Shown in pieces: positions 1-9,356 of a stretch of DNA of 64,000 nt; within the stretch, counting starts at the first letter, position 1; every line of letters begins with the position of its first letter. The notes under the pieces were generated by a model that worked only from the letters and a program-made list of their open reading frames with translations, was not told where the DNA came from and did no database searches. Both the position numbers and the translations under genes were made by a program. This DNA comes from a bacterium (GTDB lineage Bacteria; SZUA-182; DTGQ01; JAFGSM01), in contig JBLIRP010000007.1 in NCBI GenBank assembly GCA_049472355.1, forward strand, positions 1 through 64,000. The letters are read 5' to 3'.

Positions 1-2
1 CC

Positions 3-1892
3 GAAGCCTTGGACAACCTGGAACAGAATACAAAGCTCCTTCGCCGTGAGCGCCGGCGGGAGGTCTACTTTTACGAAATCGCCAGTGAATTTCTGGTTGA
101 GTGGATCCGGAAGAAGGCCCAGGAGCGGCAACGCCTCATGGACCGGAAAAAACTCGAAGAAGCCCAGCGCCGGGCAGAAGAGCAGGCCAGAACTGCGGCG
201 CGTTTCCGCCGATTCACCATAGCGCTGGTGATCCTGTTGCTTCTTCTGGTGGCAGCCGTTCTCACGATATGGAACATGTTCGGGCGGGCCAAGACACGGA
301 TCCGTTTTGCATTCTCACGCCAATTGGCTGCTCAATCCCTCCTTCAAATGGATGCAAAATTTGACCTTGCCTTGCTCCTGAGTGTTGAAGCGACCCGCAT
401 AGCCGATACTCTGGAGGCTAGGGCTGGCTTGCTATCGGTCCTGCAGAAAAACCCCAGGCTCATTCAGTTTTTACATGGCCACGAGGGCCTAGTCTTGAGC
501 GTGGCCTTCAGCCCTGATGGCACGCGTCTGGCCTCGGCAGGCTCTGACGAAACGATCTGGCTGTGGGATGCAGCAACGGGCCAATCCCTTGGCCAGCCTC
601 TTACTGGCCACCAGGGCTCGGTCTCAAGCGTAGCCTTCAGCCCTGATGGCACGCGCCTGGCCTCGGGAAGTTGGGACGAAACGATCCGGCTGTGGGATGC
701 GGCAACAGGCCAGCCCCTTGGCGAGCCCCTGCACGGCCACGAGGGCTCGGTCTTGAGCGTGGCCTTCAGCCCTGATGGCACGCGTCTGGCCTCGGCAGGC
801 TCTGACGAAACGATCCGGCTCTGGGATGCGGCAACGGGCCAATCCCTTGGCCAGCCTCTTACTGGCCATGAGGACTCGGTCTCAAGTGTAGCCTTCAGCC
901 CGGACGGCGCACGCCTGGCCTCGGGAAGTTGGGAGGAGACCATCCGGCTCTGGGATGCGGCAACGGGCCAACTCCTTGGCGAGCTCCTGACTGGCCATGA
1001 GGGCCCGGTCTTGAGCGTAGCCTTCAGCCCGGACGCTACGCACTTGGCCTCAGCAAGCGGCTATGACGAAACGATCCGGCTCTGGGATATGGCAAGCGAA
1101 GAGCCCCTTGGCGAGCCCCTGACTGGCCATGAGGACTCGGTCTTGAGCGTAGCCTTCAGCCCTGACGGCACGCGCCTGGCCTCGGGAAGCTCTGATAAAA
1201 CGATCCGGCTGTGGGACATGGCAACGGGCCAGCCCCTTGGCGAGCCGCTGCATGGTCATGAGAAAGAGGTTTGGAGCGTAGCCTTCAGCCCGGACGGCAC
1301 GCTTCTGGCCTCGGGAAGCTGGGACGAGACGATCCGGCTCTGGGATGCGGCAACGGGCCAGCCCCTTGGCGAGCCCCTCCATGGGCACGAGGGCCCAGTC
1401 TCAAGCGTAGCGTTCAGCCCGGATGGCACGCGCCTGGCCTCGGCAAGCCTAGACTTAGACATGAAGATCCGGCTCTGGGATGCGGCGACGGGCCAGCCCC
1501 TTGGCGAGCCCCTTACCGGCCACAAGAGAGAGGTTTTGAGCGTAGCCTTCAGCCCGGACGGCACGCTCATCGCTTCGGCAAGCTATGACGAAACGATCCG
1601 GCTTTGGGATGTGGCAACGGGCCAACCCCTTGGCGAGCCCCTTATTGGCCACCAGAGTGGAGTCTATAGCGTCGCCTTCAGCCCGGACGGCACACTTCTG
1701 GCCTCGGGAAGTTGGGATAAGACAATCCGGCTCTGGGATGTGAGCTTGGAGTCATGGCAAGCCCGAGCCTGCCGCATTGCCAATCGGAACCTCACACTTG
1801 AAGAGTGGAGGCAATATATGGGGGATGAGCCATATTGCAGGACATGTCCGGATTTGCCCCCCGGAGAGGGTGCAGAGGCCCCTTCCATTTGA
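3..1892 (+). CDS. WD40-repeat protein, 5'-truncated by the window (TM helix then 10 WD40 repeats; likely the C-terminal part of a STAND/nSTAND NTPase protein)
   Basis: Ten ~43-aa GH..V.SVAFSPDG..LAS...D.TIRLWD units. Upstream YEIASEFLVEW resembles the helical end of nSTAND domains. Has a TM segment (FTIALVILLLLLVAAVLTIW) and the C-terminal 'AC.IANRNLT.EEW.QY...PY..TCP' tail typical of this class. Confidence 0.9.
   Translation, partial: EALDNLEQNTKLLRRERRREVYFYEIASEFLVEWIRKKAQERQRLMDRKKLEEAQRRAEEQARTAARFRRFTIALVILLLLLVAAVLTIWNMFGRAKTRIRFAFSRQLAAQSLLQMDAKFDLALLLSVEATRIADTLEARAGLLSVLQKNPRLIQFLHGHEGLVLSVAFSPDGTRLASAGSDETIWLWDAATGQSLGQPLTGHQGSVSSVAFSPDGTRLASGSWDETIRLWDAATGQPLGEPLHGHEGSVLSVAFSPDGTRLASAGSDETIRLWDAATGQSLGQPLTGHEDSVSSVAFSPDGARLASGSWEETIRLWDAATGQLLGELLTGHEGPVLSVAFSPDATHLASASGYDETIRLWDMASEEPLGEPLTGHEDSVLSVAFSPDGTRLASGSSDKTIRLWDMATGQPLGEPLHGHEKEVWSVAFSPDGTLLASGSWDETIRLWDAATGQPLGEPLHGHEGPVSSVAFSPDGTRLASASLDLDMKIRLWDAATGQPLGEPLTGHKREVLSVAFSPDGTLIASASYDETIRLWDVATGQPLGEPLIGHQSGVYSVAFSPDGTLLASGSWDKTIRLWDVSLESWQARACRIANRNLTLEEWRQYMGDEPYCRTCPDLPPGEGAEAPSI
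477..1739 (+). repeat. Ten highly similar ~129-bp WD40 coding repeats
   Basis: Near-identical DNA units such as gccttcagcccggacggcacgcgcctggcctcgg and acgatccggctctgggatgcggcaacgggcc recur about every 129 bp. Confidence 0.9.
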
Positions 1893-2232
1893 ACCATCTT
1901 GGCCAAACACACATTGGCTACACCAATGAATAAAACGAATTTTCACGGTAAAGATATACCAGACTGTTTATCACCCTTTTTACCACATTGGGGAGAGACT
2001 CACCTTGTGCATATATTTTGATATCAACAGGTTATCCCCGTAATAGATGCTTGGTGCTGGCACGTATGCTACCCCATTAACAGAAACCATTGGGAAATAC
2101 TAAGCCTTTTCACGGGATCATTGGTCGCGAGGCGAAAAAAATGGATCTTCCACCCCGATAAGATAAGATTACGCCTTGGTCAAGGAAAAAGATATAGATG
2201 CTATGCGAAAAATGGAAATTTGCTTTATCTTG

Positions 2233-3003
2233 TCACTCCGGGAGCAGGTCTGCGTAAGTTACTTTCACGAGATGAATATAGTCATCAGCGTCGAGAATGA
2301 TATTTAATAAAGCAAGCCTCACTGAAAGAAATCGTTTTACGCCCTGAATCGTAGAATCTGTAAGCCGATTTTTATAGGCAGCAACAATTTCGGTCATGGC
2401 AGCTTCGTTTGTTCTCGTTAAGTCCACATAAAGCATATCTATATACTCACCACCCCTAATACCTATTGGTTTTATTACAGAAATTAAAAATGGTCCGGGG
2501 TTCATTGCCGTTTTGCGCAGATTCTCATCATTAGCCTCAGCGCCTATTTTGGTCATGATTGATTGTGATAAACTATCGTTTAAACTCTCTGTTTCATCCC
2601 CTTCCTTTTTTTCAGAACACGGAATAAGAAATAAATTATAATCAGACGGATTAAAATCTAGAGAATAGTCCTCGACGGATAGGGTCGATGAGGTTATGGC
2701 CTCAACAAGTTTTTCGTATCTGCTCCACGCATCGAAATCTGTCTTGTCGCTGTTAATGAGAACATAGGTATAGATTGCATAATCGGAGGGTTCTTCCCCT
2801 ATTTTGTATAGGGGCTTCCACAAGTGAGCCCTTGGTCGCGCCATCATCGCCGGCTCTTCACCTGGTAACCCAACCGGCTCTTCGCCTGGTAGCCCCGCCT
2901 GCCGTCCATATGTCGCACAACCTGACGCTATAACCATTAGAGTTACTATTGCTATTACGAGAATTGTAATGCGATTCTTATAAGAAATATCAATTCTTCT
3001 CAT
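2233..3003 (-). CDS. Hypothetical lipoprotein
   Basis: 256-aa ORF with a hydrophobic N-terminus ending in lipobox-like IASGC, followed by a duplicated GLPGEEP. Confidence 0.7.
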   Translation of the reverse strand: MRRIDISYKNRITILVIAIVTLMVIASGCATYGRQAGLPGEEPVGLPGEEPAMMARPRAHLWKPLYKIGEEPSDYAIYTYVLINSDKTDFDAWSRYEKLVEAITSSTLSVEDYSLDFNPSDYNLFLIPCSEKKEGDETESLNDSLSQSIMTKIGAEANDENLRKTAMNPGPFLISVIKPIGIRGGEYIDMLYVDLTRTNEAAMTEIVAAYKNRLTDSTIQGVKRFLSVRLALLNIILDADDYIHLVKVTYADLLPE

Positions 3004-3202
3004 CTTTCTTCCCTCCTAAGCTACGCTTATGAAGAAACCGGTCTATAAGGATTGCCACTAAAAGCGATATGAAAACAGCCAATGTAATTACTTCACCCAA
3101 TGAGACTTGCGGGTATACCAATTTAAAAATTGTGATAAGAATAATGCCAATAACAACAGTAAGAATAGCTATCCTGCGTTTCCTGTTTTCCGTCTCGGGC
3201 AT
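2990..3202 (-). CDS. Small two-TM membrane protein
   Basis: 70 aa, two hydrophobic helices, GGAGG Shine-Dalgarno upstream; overlaps the next gene's start. Confidence 0.65.
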   Translation of the reverse strand: MPETENRKRRIAILTVVIGIILITIFKLVYPQVSLGEVITLAVFISLLVAILIDRFLHKRSLGGKKDEKN

Positions 3203-3431
3203 TTCAACCCCTCCGTGGCTCCTTAATATTCTTTGTATAACTTATAAGACTCACCAATTGCTATTTGCTATCAATTGCTGCCGATATTAGGTCCAAGGTT
3301 CATATTTCATCAGGTCATTTCAATTCCATGACGTCCGGTCCAGTCAAAAAGACCCCACTTCCGAGTCTATACAGAGATTTTTATTATTTGGGTCCTGATG
3401 TGTCAGGGGCCAGATTTTTTTATAGCCATTA

Positions 3432-4361
3432 CTACGTCTCCTTCGATTTTTCAGGAACCCGACCGGCCCCTCTTAGATTTGTGACCTTGTTCAGCAAATC
3501 GAACCAAAAAGGTGCACCCATTGAAACGGCAAATACCGTGATGATTAAGCCTAAGAACTTCAACAGCCCCTCCCCGAAAGTCTTTGGTGCTGTAGCTACA
3601 GACCATCCGAAGGGGAGCGCGAGGTCCTGAAGTCTTTGAATAGACCCGACCAACTCTCCTTTTTTTTTGATATCTTGGATCCCTTCAATATAGCTTCCGG
3701 CAGATGTAACCATTTCCTGACGCAACACCGAGCTTTGCCAAAGTCCCTTTGTGATAGCGATCGTGTCGGCGTTCATTGCCACGATAAGAATTGACGAAAG
3801 AATCAACAAAATGATCTGCACCCGGCGTTTATACCAGCCGGACACCCGCTCCATCGCACTGTCATACCAGTCTTCAATATTTTTCCGCACCTTTTTAATG
3901 CTTCTATCCGAGGCGTCGATGAGCGTCAGTAATGCGGTGCGAATATCCGCATCCGGCAATTTCGCAACGTTGCTCCATATCTCATTAAAGCTTTGTTCAT
4001 CCACAGATGATGACATTGTTTGATCGTGAGCTCCGGGATTCGGCTCTTCCCCCGGTTTTTCTTTGGCAGGCGCAACGGCACTGAGCAATGCCAGGGCAAA
4101 ATCGCGTGAAGGGATATACGAAGGTTTTACAGTCCCCCCTTTCGAGGGTTCTTGGCCAAGGCTTTTAATAAGAGGATGTTTATAAAATTGTTCCCGTATC
4201 TTTTCATCACCGATAAGGCGTAGGATACCCTTCTCCAAGGTTTTTGCCCGTGAGTGTAAAAACTGGGCCAGTATCTCGTTCAATCCGGAACAGACAATAC
4301 TTAACAGAACATAGAAGAATACCAAAGCGATTGCAATTTCAATGAAAATCGACCCGAACAT
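3432..4361 (-). CDS. Conserved hypothetical integral membrane protein
   Basis: 309 aa with several TM helices and motifs PSYIPS, W.D..M.RVSGWYKR and GAPFWFDLLNK. AAGGAG SD upstream. Confidence 0.8.
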   Translation of the reverse strand: MFGSIFIEIAIALVFFYVLLSIVCSGLNEILAQFLHSRAKTLEKGILRLIGDEKIREQFYKHPLIKSLGQEPSKGGTVKPSYIPSRDFALALLSAVAPAKEKPGEEPNPGAHDQTMSSSVDEQSFNEIWSNVAKLPDADIRTALLTLIDASDRSIKKVRKNIEDWYDSAMERVSGWYKRRVQIILLILSSILIVAMNADTIAITKGLWQSSVLRQEMVTSAGSYIEGIQDIKKKGELVGSIQRLQDLALPFGWSVATAPKTFGEGLLKFLGLIITVFAVSMGAPFWFDLLNKVTNLRGAGRVPEKSKET

Positions 4362-5173
4362 TGTCTCTCTCCTTTCGATAAAGCTGATTACACGGCTTTG
4401 GCATCACAAGCCTGATATGACTTCGCCTCATTCTTCACCCGGCCTCCTTCGACCGGAAGAAGGCTGCCTTACTTGCACATGGAAAGATGTTCGTTGAGTG
4501 CATGGATTTAGAAAAGTATATCGAATGACGTTTACGACCGCAAAAAGAGTGCGGGAAATTCCAATCCTTGGCTGGGTATTCTGTGCCACAAATTTCAGCC
4601 GAAAGGCCTCGGGGCTTGCCGGCAAAGAAAGTGAACTGCTAACAAGGAGATGACGCATTATTCTGACCGTACGCAACTTTAACAGAGCGTTTCGAATGGA
4701 AGATCGGGGACTACCCAAGTGGAGAGATCGGATCTGATGGTTAATTTAATCTATCAAATCGTTTTTAATCAACCCAGCCTGGACAAGCCGGAAGCAAATA
4801 GGTTCTCGAATTTTCTGCCCAAAAGCACGAAATCCGGAACTAAGGCACTAATGAATGGATTTACATTGATGCGGCAAGTGCACATTCGTTCAATACGATA
4901 TCTCATAATTACCTGATTTGTCAATAGAAGACGGCAATAGATAGGATTTGTGTACTGTTGACACGATTGGCATGGTTTGTATATACTTCGTGTATTCAGA
5001 GAGAATTCATCCCATAGTCTCCTTTCATACGGGCAGTTGTCTGAAAGGCAGCAGCGTCGAGCATACACCCTATGACATACACTCAGTAAAATGTAATCCC
5101 TGATCGCACGGGGAGAATAGTTGATGTATATCCGTAGCCTTCGATTAAAACCTCAAAGGGAGGGATAGCGCGC

Positions 5174-5533
5174 ATGGCTGACTGGAGCAAGAATAACAGG
5201 GCATGCAAAACCACATGGTTCACCTTGCATGTATTGAACCAGAACGACAAGCCATTCAAGGACTCCGGCAATGTCAGAATGAACGAATTGACCTTTTGGA
5301 ATCAGAGCGTAAGCGCTGAGATGCGTCAGATTCAAGCTCGTGCCCTAAGCATTCAGATGCACAACAACTTTACCATGATCAGGAGGGCGAAGTTAGAGGA
5401 TGGGGTAGAGCCGGAAAAGGCGATCGGAAGCATGGTTGATGTACTCATGAATGGATCAAAGACGATCAGCGATTTTGCCGGTGTCATTGATGAAAACTAT
5501 CTTTTTCTGGGGGAGAAAAGCGATGACATTTAA
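5174..5533 (+). CDS. Hypothetical protein
   Basis: 119-aa ORF with GGAGG SD; its stop overlaps the start of the next gene. Confidence 0.65.
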   Translation: MADWSKNNRACKTTWFTLHVLNQNDKPFKDSGNVRMNELTFWNQSVSAEMRQIQARALSIQMHNNFTMIRRAKLEDGVEPEKAIGSMVDVLMNGSKTISDFAGVIDENYLFLGEKSDDI

Positions 5534-6683
5534 GCGTCTCACTATAGTTGTCCTGGTTTTTTTCTTTTTTCTTAGCGTCAATTTTCATGCCCATGCCCAG
5601 GAAGAAGATGCGATTTTAAAGGAATCGGGCTTAAAATCAAAGCTCATCGATTTGATCATAGACAATCCGGGTACCATCAACAAGGTCATTATTGATATGA
5701 TCAAAGAGGATTCTCCACTCAGAAAGATAGTCGATAATGTAGAGATACGGCTAAAAGCCTTTGATTCCGACACCGAAGAGGATAACGGATCATTAGGATT
5801 CAGCTATACCTACTCCAAGGATATTGCGCGTTATAATTTTTCCCAGCAAAAGAATGCGCGGCACACCAGTCTTGCCCTGAACTTTTCCTCTGAGGGAAAT
5901 GTCGCCTTTGACAGGGAGATCAATCCTGAAGATTTCATGGATACAGACCTCTCTCTCCTTTTGTTTCATTCCACGGGAGGCGTAGATTCGGCTTCGGCGG
6001 ATGTATCTGACCTGCTCAACGAACTTGAAGATATTGCCGTTGAACAGCCGACCAGGGAGGATCTTTTGAAAAATAAGGCTGTTCAGGAGGCTGTCCGCAT
6101 CAATCGGTCCCATCTTTCAACGCAGATTTATACGGAGCTATCGGTAGATGCCGGCATGGAATCAAATCAGTCATTCACCAAAAAGCAGTATTACTATGGC
6201 CTCCATGCGGGCCTGGATGTCAAGGCATGGAATCCGGATTCAACGCTTGCAAAATACAACATACTGGATTATCCCTTTGCCCTTACTCGATACCTCTTAG
6301 GCAACGATCCCAAGTGGATGCCCAGGGGTTCGGTATTGCCGACCCTGCTTGTGGGCATCGACCAGGTCAATCCCCAGGACAATGACCCACGGGAACTGGC
6401 AGGAGACGATACGGATTTTGCACGGATTCGCATGGAAGCCTCCTATAGGACCCTGGTTGGTCACATGAATGGTCACTCCACGTTTTTTGAAATGAATTTT
6501 CGGTACTACCAGGAGTTGGATCCTGTGGACACAATCAAAGATGCCACTCTGGATCAGTATACGAGCTTGAGCGCAGCCCTGCTTCTCCCGAGGGGGATGT
6601 ATATCAGCTATGCTACGGGGAGGCTTCCACTGGATGCCGAAGAGGACAGGGTCTATGAATTAGGATTCCGCTATTCCTTTTAA
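5523..6683 (+). CDS. Secreted protein, possibly an outer-membrane beta-barrel
   Basis: Start moved to MTFKRL (5523). Signal peptide ends AHA|Q; C-terminus YELGFRYSF resembles a beta-signal. Confidence 0.7.
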   Translation: MTFKRLTIVVLVFFFFLSVNFHAHAQEEDAILKESGLKSKLIDLIIDNPGTINKVIIDMIKEDSPLRKIVDNVEIRLKAFDSDTEEDNGSLGFSYTYSKDIARYNFSQQKNARHTSLALNFSSEGNVAFDREINPEDFMDTDLSLLLFHSTGGVDSASADVSDLLNELEDIAVEQPTREDLLKNKAVQEAVRINRSHLSTQIYTELSVDAGMESNQSFTKKQYYYGLHAGLDVKAWNPDSTLAKYNILDYPFALTRYLLGNDPKWMPRGSVLPTLLVGIDQVNPQDNDPRELAGDDTDFARIRMEASYRTLVGHMNGHSTFFEMNFRYYQELDPVDTIKDATLDQYTSLSAALLLPRGMYISYATGRLPLDAEEDRVYELGFRYSF

Positions 6684-6829
6684 CAGGATAGTATCGTCCG
6701 GGTGCGGGGCGTCGGGGATGTGCCTTGGACCCATGTGGAAGATGTAATGGGCTGAGTGGGTGACACAACGGGTGCCCGTTTTATGAATGAAGGACCGGTC
6801 AACGCGACGATGGACGGTGGGAGGTCTGT

Positions 6830-7537
6830 CTATAGGTCCTTTTTGTTACCCTTCCAATTCTGGAATGGTTGGCCGTGGCCGGGGATGATGATATCGGCGA
6901 TGCATTTTATTTTTTCCATTGACTCCAGGGCGACCTCCTTGGACAGAAAATCTCTGTTGTAGGGATAGATCGAATCCGCATCGTAATAGCATTTGGATAC
7001 GATGGCATCCCCTGCGGCCACGAATTTCCAGCCCCTGAAATCAATGACCACGGCGTGATGGGACCCATTGTGACCGGGCGTATGAATGACGGAGAGTCCT
7101 TCATGCCATGGACCACCCTCCTGCAACTCCACTAATCGTGATGAAAATGCGAAACGCCCGGAGAGATGGCGCACCTCCTCCGCAGGAATGCCTGCAAAGG
7201 CGATGGTGGCACTTTCGAATAACGGCAGATTGCCGAAATGGTCATGATGCCAGTGTGTGATGAACACCTCGTTGATATCGGAAGGCCGCAGGCGGTGATG
7301 CCTCAATAAGTCCGTCATCTCCATCCTGTTTTGCTCAATATTGCCGGTGCTCAAATCGTATTCATTTCTAAATCCCGTATCAATCAAGATATTCAGTTCC
7401 TCTGTCTGGACAAGCACTACCGATGACTCACCGTTCACGCCAAGGAGCTTTTTGACTTCGTACAATTCCGCATCCAGCTCCTCTCCGCATTGAAAAGCAA
7501 GGCTTCCGGATCGAATGATGGCGACGTTCTTGATCAT
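6830..7537 (-). CDS. MBL-fold metallo-hydrolase
   Basis: Motifs LIDTG, THWHHDHFGN (HxHxDH), HTPGH, AGDA, IIPGHG. Confidence 0.9.
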   Translation of the reverse strand: MIKNVAIIRSGSLAFQCGEELDAELYEVKKLLGVNGESSVVLVQTEELNILIDTGFRNEYDLSTGNIEQNRMEMTDLLRHHRLRPSDINEVFITHWHHDHFGNLPLFESATIAFAGIPAEEVRHLSGRFAFSSRLVELQEGGPWHEGLSVIHTPGHNGSHHAVVIDFRGWKFVAAGDAIVSKCYYDADSIYPYNRDFLSKEVALESMEKIKCIADIIIPGHGQPFQNWKGNKKDL

Positions 7538-7971
7538 GGCCGGTGTATTCTCCCCTCAATTTCCCATGGCAACGTAAGGACCCTTAGATATCTATCTAAA
7601 CCGAGATGGTCATCATTTGTCAATGGCATTTGTCAATGGGATGCTGAAGGAATTGTTGGGCAGTCGAATGCCTTTTCTTTCAGCGGAATCTATTATATCC
7701 TGCAACCGATATGGCAAAAGACGGCTGTCAGCAGGCCAAGGATCATGTGGGTCTGTTGGTAAAGGTAATCCATGAGAATAAGACCGTGGAACGACTTGGT
7801 ATGAACCTTCAGACTCGGTGCGAACTTCCAGGAGCGTATTCAATTTTTCTTGGGGCACACGTAGTATTGGTTGGTCATCCCCCGGTACTTATGTATCAAC
7901 CATTCGGGGATGGGCCGGGTTCCCCGTTATCCGGTGCGAGGCAAAGGTGCAAGACTTGCACTGATGAGTGA

Positions 7972-8940
7972 TTAGTAGAAAACCCAACAGCGCGTATCCC
8001 CGCGGTTGCGGAAGATGAAATTGTAATGAGCGAGATCCTCCGGGGTGAGCACGATCTGCTGTTCGGTACCGCGCAGGTTGTTGAACCCGATGATATTGGT
8101 ATGGATGACGGGGAAGGGCACCGCATAGGGATCATCCCTCGTATCGGTCAGCTCGATGGCGCATACATCCACCACATCAGGGGTATCGCTTGTGAGACTG
8201 ATCCTGTTTCGTATGACATAATTGAAGGCGATATTTTCCGCTCCGGGGTATCCCCAGCGAAAATCCGCATACAGCACAATACCGGTGCCGTTGTACCCGC
8301 CGCAGTCATCCTCCTTAACGTAGAGGGTTCCTTTGATTTTATTGTGGGATACGAGGTTGCACGTGATGGACCCGCCGGACCGTTCGCCCAGAAGGATCCC
8401 GATGCCTCCCCCGCATGCGGTGCTCAGGTCGGTGATGACGTTATGACGGATTATCCAGTTGCTCCCGTGCCAGTTCGAGACCCCCTGGATGGGGTTCAGC
8501 ATCGAGCAGTGCGATACCGTAACATTATCGGCCCCCCTGCTGAAGACGGGGAATTCCACGTTCTTGAATCGCAGGTGGCTGATTTCTGCGCCGCTTCCGG
8601 CACCATCACCTTCAAAGAAGAATCCGATCGTTAACGGCGGTTCCGGCCTCAGCAAGGGCCCGCAATCGATCACCGCATCGCATTTCCCCTGGATTTTGAC
8701 TGCCTTCGTTATGACAGCGCCACAGTGACTTCCCGGCCCCACCTTGATGGTGTCTCCATCCCTGACCACATCACTGTCGATCGCCTCCTGAATCGTGGAG
8801 AAGTCTCGTGGCACATGGTACACACTATTCCTGGAGAAGTCTCGCCGGACATGGGACACCCTGGCCAAGCCAGGGGAAGAGATAAGCAATGAGGTCATAA
8901 GAATGCTTGCCATAAGGGCTGTAATACAGTGCCTTTTCAT
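7972..8940 (-). CDS. Secreted right-handed parallel beta-helix (pectin-lyase-like) protein
   Basis: Signal peptide from MKRH (8940, GGAGG SD). N-terminal 'VPRDFSTIQEAID...GDTIKVGPG' and repeated I.HN.I motifs. Confidence 0.75.
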   Translation of the reverse strand: MKRHCITALMASILMTSLLISSPGLARVSHVRRDFSRNSVYHVPRDFSTIQEAIDSDVVRDGDTIKVGPGSHCGAVITKAVKIQGKCDAVIDCGPLLRPEPPLTIGFFFEGDGAGSGAEISHLRFKNVEFPVFSRGADNVTVSHCSMLNPIQGVSNWHGSNWIIRHNVITDLSTACGGGIGILLGERSGGSITCNLVSHNKIKGTLYVKEDDCGGYNGTGIVLYADFRWGYPGAENIAFNYVIRNRISLTSDTPDVVDVCAIELTDTRDDPYAVPFPVIHTNIIGFNNLRGTEQQIVLTPEDLAHYNFIFRNRGDTRCWVFY

Positions 8941-9356
8941 CGTAAACCTCCCTATGATAATTTTGCCCAAATCGTTGGTGCCGATGAAATTGTATGGGTT
9001 ACCCCGCTTCGATCACCACACGTGTGTTGCAGGGTATCCATTGTTACCTCTCATCCATTGAATCTCATTTGTCATGACTTCCGTGTGCTGTAAATGGGGC
9101 TATGTATCGTGAGCGATCAAGGGCACACATTATATCCTGCGTAAATAGTAAAGATGCGCTGGTATGTACCGGATGAAAAAGGGTACGCTTTACGAAGGAC
9201 AACCCACGAAGGATAAAGCATGATGGAGGGAAAAATCTTTTCTGTATAAAGTATACTTCTCTATTGAATATATTGTCAAAGGGGCCGTTTAATGGTGCCG
9301 TTTAATGGCCCTTCAGGCCGTTTATATCATGCTGATATGTTCGAGAAAAGGGTTGC

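Noticed and set aside
4400..5100. Short ORFs and REP-like fragments in the island's intergenic gap
   Set aside because: Overlapping short ORFs without motifs; no transposase or clear terminal repeats.
7613..7858. 81-aa minus-strand ORF between the beta-helix and MBL genes
   Set aside because: No motif or clear SD; cannot be supported as a gene.
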